The notes beneath the pieces are model-generated. The model had not been told where the DNA came from. It saw only the letters and a program-made list of their open reading frames with translations, and did not search any database. DNA of 64,000 bases from the human T2T-CHM13v2.0 reference genome, Homo sapiens. Both the position numbers and the translations under genes were made by a program. The DNA lies in the NCBI RefSeq assembly GCF_009914755.1, contig NC_060931.1; one strand, given 5' to 3'. Below are positions 1 to 12,013 of this stretch, in pieces; within the stretch, counting starts at the first letter, position 1, and each line of letters opens with the position of its first letter.

Positions 1-396
1 TGCATGAGGGAACCCAGCGTTGAAGTCAACTAACACACAGGGCAAAATATGAAACAAAGTTGAAGACTGTTATAAAAATAAACATATAAAATAATAAGCA
101 AGGGGGACAATAATGGAATAATTAATCATTTTACAATAATAACTGAGTCTACTGCATTAATTGATAAAAGCAGAAAGAAAAGAAAAGACAGAAGGTAAAA
201 AAATTTTTAAATTATAAATTGTCTTGCAAAATCATGTATGTGTGTTTGGGGGGCAAGGAGTGATATTTATTTTTCCACAATTAGAAATCATGCATTTAAT
301 TATGTGTTCATTAAATGTATAAGCAAAAACACTATTTTTAAAACACTGTGTTTACTTCCAAATTGACCATGGTAAAAATAAGGAAAACATGGCAAG

Positions 397-432
397 ACAC
401 ACACACACACACACACACGCACACACACACAC
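397..432. repeat. (CA)n microsatellite
   Basis: Directly visible CA run with one CG interruption. Confidence 0.95.
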
Positions 433-1094
433 GTGTGCAAATAAAGGGAAGAATTGAGAGGGCACACAAAAATTCACATTCAAAATAAATGACTCATTGC
501 CACCCACTTTAAGGCAAAGTTTCTCAGAGGGTGATGAACGCAGCTATAATGCTCATAAGAAAGTCACTAAAAATTATAGAGAATTGTTAAAAAATAAACA
601 GATGAATATATTAGTGATAATAATCTTGATATTAAACAAATTAGACTTATGACAAAAAGTTTAAATAGCGACAACAGCTGTAGTTGTTCTCTAACATAAT
701 CATTAAAGAAAAGCAACACTTTTCTCCACCAAATAACAGAGCATCAAAACATAAAGTAAAACCTGTTAAAATAGGAGGAATATGGCTAGAACCATAATCA
801 CCTGAGATTTAATATACCAGTACCAATTTATAATAAAATACGTAGACAAAGAAACAAGTAGAGACAAAATGAATTTGAACATCATTAGGAATCCTGAAAG
901 AACAGACACATAACAATCAGTATTGCCTGAGAATCTATTTTCACTTGACCACAGAATATCATATATATCACATCATGAAAATAACCTCAATAAAATATTT
1001 AAATCTCTATCGTCAAGATAAAATTATAAAATTGTACCACAAGCTGAAACACTAATAAGCAAAATCTCATGTCCAGGGGCTATAAGAAATCATA

Positions 1095-1300
1095 GCATAC
1101 TTATTGGCACAGTTTGTAAGAAGCCAACTTGGCTCTCCCACTTACTGGCAATGTGACAAGAGACAAGCTGCTCAGACTCACAGTGACTTGTTTCCATCAT
1201 CTGGAAAATGAGGCTAATGATAATATCCACCTCATTAGGTTACTGAGTGGATTAAGTTAGTGCATGCTCTTAGAATAGTGCCTGGCATGTAACACGTGGT
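1095..1300 (+). mobile_element. MIR SINE
   Basis: MIR core 'tttccatcatctggaaaatgaggctaatgataatatccacctcattagg' and 3' part 'cttagaatagtgcctggcatgtaa'. Confidence 0.8.
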
Positions 1301-1349
1301 GACAAACCAAGCACTAGTTGCCTAATATTAGTTTCAGAGCCTGTATTGT

Positions 1350-1492
1350 TACAGGAATGCAAGCACCATGAGGACAGGCATCTTTGACTGTTTCATTCAC
1401 TGATGTATCTCCAGAATCCAGAACAGTGTCTGACTGATAGCAGTAGATCCAAAAACATTTGTTGAGCAATAAGGAATTAATGACTGAATAAA
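1350..1492 (+). mobile_element. L2 3' end
   Basis: 'ccatgaggacaggca...ttcactgatgtatctccagaatccagaacagtgtctga...aaacatttgttgag' follows the L2 3' terminus. Confidence 0.75.
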
Positions 1493-2994
1493 TCACACAA
1501 ATATAATTACAGACTATTTTGAAATATCAAAAGAAAGAAGACAGTCAAAATTCATGGAAGTCAAAGGTAAATTAAAGTGAATGTTATAATCTCGAAGTGC
1601 ATGTATTATTTAAAAAGAAAGAAAGAAATGAAAGCAGCATTTCACACTAGAAATTATGGAGGGAAAAGCAAAACTCAGCCCAAGAAAATGATGCTAGAGA
1701 AAAATATTTCCTAAAAGACACAATTAAAATTTAACATAGCAGCATAAATAACTAATTTCAGAAACTCATTCCTGGAAAAAAAATGAAACAAATAAAAAAG
1801 AAACCACTGATAATAACTAAACAAATGAGTGAAAGTACAAATGACAGAGAAATAAAATAATGAAGGTGATTTAATAAAGTGTACAGCAGGCATTTAGTTT
1901 AAATAACCACAGTTTGATAATATTAAAGTTGAAAATCTCATCAAAACCCGAGATTCTTCTGGAGAAAATAGAAATAACTCATTCATTCAAATATGACCCA
2001 AGTCATAAAAAGAAATTTTAAAAATCATTATTAAAGGATTTTATTCTCAAAAGGCTGTAGATCCAAACAGCTTTACCAGAATGTTATTTCAGAAATTCCA
2101 GGAGCAAATTATTATGCTACGTAAGGCACTCAAGAGACGGAAATGATAGATATGACGTAGAATATATATTTTTGTACATCTAGCCATGTCTCTGGTATCA
2201 AAGCAGCACAAAAAATGAAACAAAGATATAAATCTCAGTCATAACAATGTGAAACTTATAAATAAACAGGAAACCTGTATCTAGCAACATATCAAAAGAG
2301 TAACTCACCTGGCACACTCAAGGGATGCAAAGATGATTTAAGACATAGAAATATATCATACCACACAGTAATCTCTATGTGGCAAACAGTCAGTAAAGTA
2401 ACTACAATCACTTGAGATAAAAGTCTTAGAAAATTTAGGAGGAGAAAGAAGGGCACTTCATTCACATGCCCAAACATTATCTATGTTAACTGAACAGTAA
2501 AGAGAATAATAAAGGTTGAACCCCAAAGGCATTATTCCCTTTAATACCAGATACAAAACTGGTGTTATACAACCAACACAATTATCTAACACAATGCCAA
2601 GAAATCTATCCAATGCAATGAGACATAAATGAAATATGTATCTGATATTTTAGATAAATATGTATCTGATATTTAACAAGATAAAATTATTCTTACTTAC
2701 AGATCACAGGAGTGTATTATTAGAAAACCCAAGACATAAAATACAGAGGCATGAGGAAATATCAAGAGTATTCAATAAGTTGATTGCACATAAAATAAAA
2801 AGAAACAAAAACCCAGTATACCTTTGCTATTAAAAGCAATGACCAGGAAAGGAAAAATGCATACAGAAAAAAACTTCCTACCTAGGAATAGGCCAGAAAT
2901 GAAATATGAGGTAAATCAAGGTAGAAAGCTCAGAAAATGAAAAAAATATATACTCCATTATTATCTGGGGAAACTGAATTTAAAGGAAAATTAT

Positions 2995-3117
2995 TTAAAA
3001 TAGAGACAGGGTCTCACTATGTTGCCAGGCTGGTCTTGAAGTCCTGGGCTCAAGCGATGCACCCACCTGGGTCTCCCAAAGTGTTGGGATTCCAGGCATA
3101 AACCACCGTGCTGGGCC
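2995..3117 (-). mobile_element. Free left Alu monomer (FLAM-like)
   Basis: Single Alu arm in antisense, flanked by a degenerate TSD (ggaaactgaattt ... ggaaactggattt). Confidence 0.8.
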
Positions 3118-3723
3118 AGGAAACTGGATTTTAGAGAATGATATTCTTTTCAATTCAAGGCTTTAGTAACATTCCAGGCAAAATCCGAATGGTATATTCT
3201 TTTAAATTTAGTTCAAATCATTCTAAAATTCATCTGTTTAACTCAGTTATTTGGTTTTAAAAATTATATCTGAAAGGAACAATCCAAATTAGGAACAAAG
3301 AATTTTACACAAAGAGGTTTATTATTTCTGATGGCAAAAAGAGTGGTGAGAAAAACCGTAAATTACACACAACGATTCAGTGATGATGGCACATACATAT
3401 GATGAAAGCAAGACACAAAATAGAAACTCACAGAACCAACACATGAAGTACAGACTCAATTTTTAGAAATACATGAAGACAAAAATATTTTAAAATATTA
3501 ATATTTTAATAAAAGTTGCCTCTGGTTTTAACTGCTTTTGAAGGAATTATGGATTTGGGCTTTAAAAAAATAGTTATCTGAACCTTACCGTTTCCCTGTT
3601 GCTTTAGTAAGCCTCATTATGTTCCCCTTATTGAATGCTTTGGTGAGCGTGGTCTCTTTAAGGGCTCTCTACCGTATGTGACTATAATGTTTGCCATATT
3701 TTAGAACGTCAAAATTTAAGAAC

Positions 3724-3794
3724 GGATGGATGGATAGATGGATGGATGTGGTGCAAAGTGCTTAACTGCTAAAAAACATTTTTTATCCTGAATT

Positions 3795-3836
<42 letters not shown>
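3724..3836. repeat. (GGAT)n tract (3724-3748) and (CA)n microsatellite (3795-3836)
   Basis: Directly visible. Confidence 0.95.
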
Positions 3837-3838
<2 letters not shown>

Positions 3839-6399
3839 TTCAGAGTCATGTCTGGATGGACCTCCTCTAAATTTTGGGGTCCATTGAGTGAACACGGTGC
3901 TGCCTTTTGTACCCTTGGCAGGGAGCAGCTGATACCTGCCTCCCTAGAATACAGCCCAGGTGCTCGCCTCCCCAGGTCTCCTGTCCACTGTTCAGACACC
4001 GACCCATTGGGCTCTGCTGCAGCATTAACCACTGCCCGACGTGGGAAGGGAGGGAAGCGTATGAAGACAAAGGATATTATTTTACTATCTCTCTAACTTC
4101 CTGTTCAATTTCTCTTTCCTTGTTTTGTTCCTCTCGAGTTCTAAAGACCAAAGACAGGGTTCCCCTTGGAGTCCTCTGGAGGACACTAGTTAGTGAGAGG
4201 AGTTGAGGAAGGGGAGAGGGATGAGGCTGTTTTCAGGGCGTGAGGGATGGGTATCTCACATTATTCTCTAGAAATAGTCCCAAGTTCAGCATGGTCTCCA
4301 TAAGCGAAATGATGTTACAACTCTTAGAACCAACCAAATGCATGTTTCTACCATAAAGGATCTTGTTGCTTTGCCACTTATCCCTAATTTGAATATATCA
4401 TCCCTCAAAAGATAAAATAAGTTTAGCAAATGACACAGAGAACAAATTCTAAACTAGAATATGGATCCCCCTGTACTTAAAAAAGTATAAGGGATACCCG
4501 AGCTCGAAGGGCAACATTGCCCAGAACAAGGCTGTCTGTTGTCTGCCAGACTTCAGGCTCCAATGGGGCACAGGCTGCCTGGTGCTTCCCTCAATGCAGA
4601 GTTAGTGGGGGCAGTGGTTCTCAGATCTCTGTATGCACAGGAATTATTCCTCAGCTCTGCAGTGAGGCTCAGGAACAGACATCTCCAAGAGTGGGAGGAG
4701 AAGAGGGTGGGCTGGGAGACAACTGTCCCTGGGCCACCACGTGCTGGCAGAGAACTCTGAGGAGTCCAAGAATTCTCTATGAAACCTGCCCTCCCTAGTC
4801 ACAATGCAGGTGTATTAGACAAAGTATGAAACATTTCATTCATTTATCAGCTTGTGAGCTTGGCTTACAGCTTCTAAATATTGAGATATACAGTGTGTGA
4901 ACCTGCATGTGTATGAGGCTACAGATATCCTATCAGGGGACAGGCCCAAAAGGCTCTGACAAGGACTACAACTCCTAATTTTGGGGGCTAGGGACAGTAA
5001 GGTTTATTCCCAAGTCAGGAATGTGCTATTCCAGGGAAACATGGATAACTTCAAGTGACCCAGCCAGGTAGAGCCCAAGTTTCTCAGGGGGAGACATTTC
5101 TGACACTTACAGGATCCCTAACAGGAATTGCCAGGGAGGCCCTGGTAAGTGCATTTCACAGAGCACTTTCTTAGGACTTAAAGACCAGTTCATTTCTATT
5201 TGGTTCTTTTTATTCATTTCTTAGTTTCTAAATTTCTTAATACATTTCAGGAGTTCCTGACAATAAAAGCATTAGGAAGTGGAAGTGATAACAGGGTTGG
5301 GTCATTTCTCAGGCAACAGAAATGTGGCTGGGTTCCACAGGCAGCAGGTGAGGCTCTCCCAGGTGTTTTTAGCTCAGCCTCAGCTTAGAGCCAACAATCT
5401 CTCAAAAGGAAACGTTCATTCTTAACTCGAAATTCTTGAAGGAGAGAAGGAAAATGAAGGGCCAGTTGACCAACACCACCAAAGATATCTTAGCTCCACC
5501 CAGAACACAGGGGAATAGAGTGAAGTGAATTACCAAGATAATGATGCTAAGGAGGAAATTTAAAAAAAAAAAAAAAAAAGGAAGGAAGAAAAAAGAACCC
5601 AACAGCAAGATATTGCTACGCAACAGACAGAATGAGAAAGAGCTCAGCCAAGTTAAAAGTTCTTATGTCATCTCTTATGTGCTTGAAATAAAAACAAGAT
5701 TGAGATGCACTCTGCTAAGGACTGCAGTTTAAAAAAAGTGATTTTAAAAACTCAATGATCACACCAAGTTTTATATCCTTCAGGTTAAGAGTTAGGGCAC
5801 ACATTTCCACAGTGCAAACCCAAGAGAAAAAGAAGTACTTATTGAGGAAAAAAACGCCTTTCCTGGTATTCTCAAAGTACTTGATTATTTACCTCTCAAT
5901 AAGCTCGGCACTAATGTTTTTATCTCAAAGGATCTCAGAATAAAATGTATGTGATACAAAAGCACTCACAGCACAAGACTAATTTCTAAAGAAAATTATA
6001 TGGGAATTTTCATATGTAATACCCATAGCAGGAATGGTTACATCAAAATGAAGTGAGAAAAACTAAAAAAATCTAAGAAGTTTTTACAATAGAGGTGGCT
6101 CTGGTATACAAGGAAAAACTGAGGCCTCACAGTACCCACATTCTTACCCCATGTCAGTTACCTGAGGAACTCAGAGGTTCACCCTTTCAAACAGTATGTC
6201 GGCCTAGTTTGTTTTACTAAGTAGTAATATGTTTTATAATAAAAAAATTAAAATAAAGAAGGAAAAGTCTTGACCTAGATGGAGAGGAAAAACTGCTGGA
6301 GTGTTATAAAACTGAGATGATATTGTTCTTTGTTGAGAACAAATGAAAATGAGTCCCTACTTTAAACATAGGCATGTAACTGGCTTGCAAGAAACTTCT

Positions 6400-7800
6400 G
6401 CGGTATAAAGAATTTCACTCAGGTTCGAGTGGGACTAAGTAAATCTAGTCCAGCAACCCACTGGATGCTCTGTATTACCTCTATAATACCCCACACCCAT
6501 GGTGTACAATTTAAACAACCTCACATTGCAGTACAGGAGCTCCCTTTCCCCTGGGTAAACATTTTGGACGGGTCTCAGAGGACAATTCGGTTTTCCTTAT
6601 ACCAAGCCTAAATCTGTCTCCCTATGGTTTCCATGCATTGGACCTTTGATCCATACATTGAGGACAAGCTGGATGCAGCTCCCACAGGACAGCCAACCAC
6701 CAACAAATATTTGAAAGCAGTTATCATGTCCCTTGGCACTTTCTGCCCACCTTCAACTTGCAAAACTTCTCTTCCTTGGTTCTTCTTTATTTTTTCAGAG
6801 ATGGGGTCTCCCTATGTTGCACAGGTTGGAGCATAGTGGCTATTCACAAGTGCTCACTGCAGCCTTGAACTCCTAGGCTCAGGTAATCCTCCAGCCTCAG
6901 CCTCCCAAGTAGCTGGGACTATAGGCGCAAACCACACCTTCTTATCTGGTTCTGTCAACCACTCTACACGAGGCAAGTCTGGTTCTTTCTCTACCTGATC
7001 CAATGCCTATACATCAGTGTATCTTTAGAAAGTGGAGTGCCAGACTAAGGTGCTCTTTTCCAGAGATACTTTGAGTGTAATTCTAATAACATACTTCTAT
7101 TTCTATAGTTGAGAATCACATTAGCTAGGCTTGGTGGAAACTATCTTTGTCTTGTAATAGTGAACTTATAGTTGATTAAAGGTCCTATGTTGTTATCATA
7201 ATTTTTAATCTCCTTAGAGCTATTTCATGTTTTTTATTTTTCAAGATCTCTGAGGATCCTGATTCAGTCACTAACTGGATATAAATATTCCTCACAAACA
7301 ACTCTGATGATAATTGCACTCCACAACTTCATCCTGGAAACAGGTACACCAAATTGTTATGCAGACCAGGGCTGGGAGCCCAGCCCAGCAGCACGATTCT
7401 AGAAACAGCTCCCTTGACTGATGCCAAGCCATGCCCTTATCATCCACCCAACAACTACATCTCCTAACTGCTGTTTAACACAACCATCTTCCTCTGCCTT
7501 GGCCGTAGTTTCTTATTAAAGGTTTTGCTGAAGTCCCGTCAATCATATTTACTGTATTTTCCTGAACAACCAGTCTAATGATATTGTGAAAGAAAATATC
7601 AGCCCGGTCTAGTGTGACAGTTTTCTTAGTGAACCCAGAGGGTATCAATGATCACCATTTTATCTTATAACAGGACAACACGTTTATGATAATAAAAATA
7701 GAGTTTTCTCTAGAATTGACTTGACCCTACCCTTGGAACTTTCTGAATTCATTTTCTTGTCCCCTTTGAAAGTACAGAACGATAGTCACCACTTTCTATC
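6400..7800 (-). mobile_element. L3/CR1 LINE fragment (RT region to 3' end)
   Basis: Minus strand at ~7512-7535 reads gacttcagcaaaacctttaataag (DFSKTFNK, cf. CR1 RT 'DFSKAFDK'), preceded by 'tgggttcactaagaa'. L3 3'-end-like blocks 'aaatctgtctccct' (~6610) and 'aaatatttgaaagcagttatcatgtccc' (~6705). Confidence 0.7.
6790..6938 (-). mobile_element. FAM (fossil Alu monomer, 7SL-derived) inserted in the L3
   Basis: Retains the 7SL/FAM-diagnostic segment 'gtgaatagccact' on the minus strand, which dimeric Alus lack. Monomer length; degenerate TSD cttccttggttct/cttatctggttct. Confidence 0.75.
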
Positions 7801-9302
7801 TCCCCCAGCAAATTGTTCTTTTTTTTTTTTTTTTTTTTTGTAATTGATCAAAAATTTCTGATATTGGTTCATCGTGCCATTTGTAAGGAATTGCAGTCCT
7901 GACGTTGCCACTCAACTGGCCTCTGACTCCCTTACCAATCAACGATCTTACTCTTGTGTCAGCTGGGCACGCATGCTTCCTTTTCCTGCTGTCTCTGTTC
8001 CCAATGGGAAGCCCCAGGAGAACGGGTCTCATCGGCGTCATCACTGTCCTCTCAGTTCTCGTTCCAAACAAATAACAAAATGAACAAATGAACATTCACT
8101 TGGACCAACACAGAAGATGAGCAAACGAGGAAGTGAGCTGCTTGCTTTCACTGCCATTCGTTGATTGTAAACCATTCATTCCAAGGGATGTGCCTCCCCG
8201 TTCCTGGATCCCACAGCATCCTCTCTGTGGCCATCAGGACCCACAGTAGCCCCAGTGGACTGGATATGTTCAGGTAAGTCTATGTCACTAGTTCTTTCTT
8301 ATTTCCACATATTTACTTTCTTTCAATCTTTTGTATGTATCTAACTTTATCAAAGAATTCCATTGAGATCTATATTCTTCAAACTTGGTCTTTTCTTTCT
8401 TAGATAATCCATGAATGCTTACAGTGGCTTTCTGGAATGATCCTCAACTGACTTGCAGCACTTTCTCCAAAGTCTCTTGCTATTCAACAAGGCCCCCAGG
8501 GAAGCCAGGATTGACACTCGGAGCTGCTCCTGGGCACCTGCTCCTGTGCCTGCACGAGGCTCCAGAGGCTGCCCTGAGAGCTGTTTCCCTCTGGAGAAGC
8601 CTCATCTCTGCCTCTCTCCATGTGAGGCTGCGGCTTAAAGTGGGACGGTAAATAACACAGGGCTGGGTAGGGGAGTGCACTGGGAGCTTGGAGGTTCAAG
8701 TTAAGAAGTTATGCTTCTTCTAAGTGTTGCTTCCAGCTTTAAGTTTAGGATAATCGATAGCACAACTGACCACATCAATAGACAGATGCCTCTTCTGGAT
8801 GAGTTCATGGGTTTCAGCCTGAGTGGAAATATTCAGTTATAGATGAGCATGTGATTTTCACCTGTGTTTTGATCAAAGAGTCTGAAGTTTCTGATGAAGT
8901 GTTATATTCGCTTTCAATGGTATCTAACTGGCCATAAACATGTGGGAAAATATCAAACTTGAGGCAACTTGACTGAAGTGGACAGGGGAAGGGGACTGTC
9001 TTTGTTGGGGTGAAGTGTGAGATAATAAAATGCATACATTTAATAGTTAAGAACATCTAAAGGCCAAACCTTCCTTATATGCACCAAGCAGCCATTAAAA
9101 CAATATGATTTGTGTATGAGGAAACTGATTAATCAGTAGCAAACCACTCACTAATGAGTTTAGTGGCCTTCAATATGTTTTTTAGCCTTGCTAGACCTCC
9201 TTGTAGTTGGTTAGGTCATTTTTAAGATTCCACAACTAGGAGGGACCACAGCAATAATGTCCAGGAAGGAGGACACAAACCAGCTACTAAAAGAGGATTA
9301 TG

Positions 9303-9540
9303 TTCATTCCTACAGAACAGAACAGAACCTACACCCCATTCCTCTGAATCACCATTTAGAAATAAAATGTGGTCAATCTACCAGTCTATTTTATTTGTCT
9401 GAGTCCACCTAGCCTAATGCTTTGACTATTCAGTCCCACTTTGTTTAGGGGAAATGTGGCCACTGTAGATGTGGCCACTGTAGATGTATGGAGTTATTTG
9501 CTGGGTAATGCCTGTGTACCCACAGATAGCAGTGTCATAG
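9303..9540 (+). repeat. Direct repeat, copy 1 of an unexplained ~235-bp pair (copy 2 at 11473-11717)
   Basis: 9344-9373 matches 11514-11543 at 29/30; collinear similarity throughout. This copy has an internal 15-bp tandem duplication (atgtggccactgtag x2, 9454-9483). Confidence 0.92.
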
Positions 9541-9689
9541 AGCACTCCACAGCCAGACTGAGTCCCCAGCCCAGGGGAGCTTAGGCAGCACTCAGGCAAG
9601 AAGGGGTGGTACTGAGGGAAGCAGAATGAAGTTAAAGGTGAGACCACCTGAAAAAGGCAGAGCCTACAGCTTAAACCCTGCCATAGCTT

Positions 9690-10283
9690 TAGCAGTTTCT
9701 GAAATAAAGCAAAGAGAATCACCATATGGCCCAGCAATCCCACTTCTAGGGATATACCCAAAAGAACTGAAAACAGGTGTTCAAGCATGAACTTGTAAAT
9801 GAATGTTCATAGTAACACAATAGCCAGAAAGTAGAAACTCAAATATCCATCAACGGATGCACGGATAAACAAAGTGTGGTATAGCCAGCCATCCAAGAGA
9901 ATATTATTCAGCCATAAAAAAGAACAAAGCACTGATACCTGCCACAGCATCAATGAACTTTGAAAACATGGTAAGTGCAAAAAAGGCAGACATCGTACAA
10001 AAGGTCACATTTTGTATGATTTCATTTATAAGAAATATCCAGAATAAACAAATCCATAGAGACAGAAGGCAGGTTGGTGGTTTTCAGGGGCTGGCGGGGA
10101 GGGGGAATGGGAGGTAACCGCTTCATGCATACAGAGCTGCCTTGTGGGGTGATCAAAATGTCCTGGAAGTGGACAGTGTTGGCGGTTACACAACACTGTG
10201 ACTGCGCTCAATGCCACACAGAACTGCAAACTTCAAAATGGACAAAATGGTAACTGCTATGTGATATGTATTTTACTGCAACA
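9690..10283 (+). mobile_element. L1MB-type 3' end fragment
   Basis: 'accatatggcccagcaatcccacttctagggatatacccaaaagaactgaaaacagg...aaatgtcctggaagtggacagtg...atgtgatatgtatttta', typical L1M ORF2 end and 3' UTR. Confidence 0.85.
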
Positions 10284-10389
10284 TGTTTATGCTAGCCCAG
10301 TGAGTACACTGGCCAGATCCCTGGCCGGGGCCATCATCTCTCCTCTCTTCCTCCCCGACTTCCTGCTGGTCCTCACCGCTCGTGCCTCT

Positions 10390-11100
10390 GAGCAGAAAGG
10401 ATAAACCTAATGAGCCCAAGTGTCAGCGCAATATAAATTACGGCCAGGGGAAAAAAGAAACGACTTGATGCATGGCCGAGGATCTAAGAGAGGAATGTCC
10501 ACCATTGTTTGTGATTATGGATCACGTCACAATCTAATAGCCATTTTTATTTAATCAATAATTTCCATGCTGAACAGACAGCCCTGTTACAGAGAATCGA
10601 CAAGCAGGTACTGATAGCGACAAGCCTCGTTATTAATCTTTCCTCTGCCGGCTTATCAGCCAAACTACTGTAAAAGGCACCACCAAGATGGATTTTAGAA
10701 TCCACCTTGCTCCTCTCCCCCCTCCCTTTTCTTCTTCTCTCTCCTGTAACATTTCATGTAATGCAGACACTACATTTACTTGAGTAACCTGGGGCTTGTG
10801 TAGCATAAAAAGGCAGTTCACGTTAAGCAATTTCACAAATCAGTAGGACCTAGACCATTGCTCAGGGTTAGCCATTATAGGCTAATAAATCATACTTTCT
10901 CTTTGAGTTGTCAATCGCCAAAAAGCTTTGTACAAGTGCTGGCATCTGTAATTCCGTAAAGGCTTTTCATCTTAAAATAAGATGCTCTGGACTGATAACA
11001 AGAATAATCCCCTCTTGATCAAGAAAAAAAAAATCTGCATTATATCAATTAAAGCTACAGCCAGAAGCCAAATGGCTCAGTACTGAGATTCCAGTGAAGT
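10390..11100. promoter_or_regulatory. Candidate intron-10 developmental enhancer
   Basis: No repeat recognised, retained CpGs, clustered MEIS, HOX, SOX and TAAT motifs. GLI3 intron 10 is known to contain conserved enhancers, but identity with this block is not verified. Confidence 0.55.
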
Positions 11101-11472
11101 TTATCTCTGCTAAACACGAGGAGGAATACAGTGAGGGCTGTGTTTCACTTGCAGCTTGACTGCTTTATCTTGTGGTAGAAACTGCACCAGAGGAACCTGT
11201 GCAAACTCTCCCTGCCCCCAGGAAAGGCCACCAGGAAGACCTCCTCTTCACAAACTGGGCTCTCCCGCATGTCCTAGAGAGCTCCTTGGGACAGGTCACA
11301 TGTGCTGAAGCACAAGGGAGAGCCTAAAGAAACACCATGTCCCTTTAGGCAGGTAGAGCAGCCGAGATAAGATTGGGCCGGTTATGTTAGAGACATGGTT
11401 GACCGGAGAGAGTCCTGTGAATCTAACAGAAGACAGCTGGTGCAGTTTTGTTTTCCTGATTAGAAAGACATT

Positions 11473-11717
11473 TTCATTCCTGCCAAACAGATCAGGAACT
11501 ACATCCCATTCATCTGAATCACCACTTAGAAATAAAATGTGGTTGACCTACCTGTCTATTTTATTTGTCTAAGCCCACCAGACCTAATGCTTTGAATATT
11601 CATTCTCTGTATTCGTCCAAAACAATCCTGCCCTGATTGGAAGAAAAGTGGCCACTGTAGATGTATGGAACTATTTGCCAGGTGATGCCTGTGTGCCACA
11701 GGATTATATATTCATAA
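11473..11717 (+). repeat. Direct repeat, copy 2
   Basis: Collinear with 9303-9540 at an offset of 2170 bp; carries ~20-30 extra bases near 11605-11640. Confidence 0.92.
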
Positions 11718-11739
11718 CTAGAAAATAAGACACACCTTA

Positions 11740-12013
11740 TTTTTTTTTTTTGAGACAGTCTCACTCTGTTGCCCAGGCTGGAGTACAGTGGTGCAATCAT
11801 AGCTCATTGCAGCCACCTCAGCCTCTCAAGTAGCTGGGACTACAGGTGTGCCTCACCATGTTCGGCTAAATTAGTATTATTATTGTTATTTTGTAGAGAT
11901 AGGGTCTTGCTATGTTGCCCAGGATGGTCTTGAACTCCTAAGTTCAAGTGATTCTCCCACCACGGCCTCCCAAAGTGCTGGGATTATAGGCATGTGCCAC
12001 TCGCTTGGCCTGG
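11740..12013 (-). mobile_element. AluJ with a small internal deletion
   Basis: Poly-T followed by gagacagtctcactctgttgcccaggctgg...; TSD-like acaccttatt/acatcttatt. Confidence 0.92.

Larger units (their letters stand above)
640..3260 (+). mobile_element. Highly decayed ancient L1 (L1M-type) ORF2 fragment, interrupted by MIR, L2 and an Alu monomer
   Basis: A-rich strand bias and collinear L1 ORF2-like blocks: 'agatccaaacagctttaccagaatg' (~2060), 'cactcaagggatgcaaagatg' (~2315), 'gatcacaggagtgtattattagaaaaccc' (~2700). Boundaries approximate. Confidence 0.65.
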
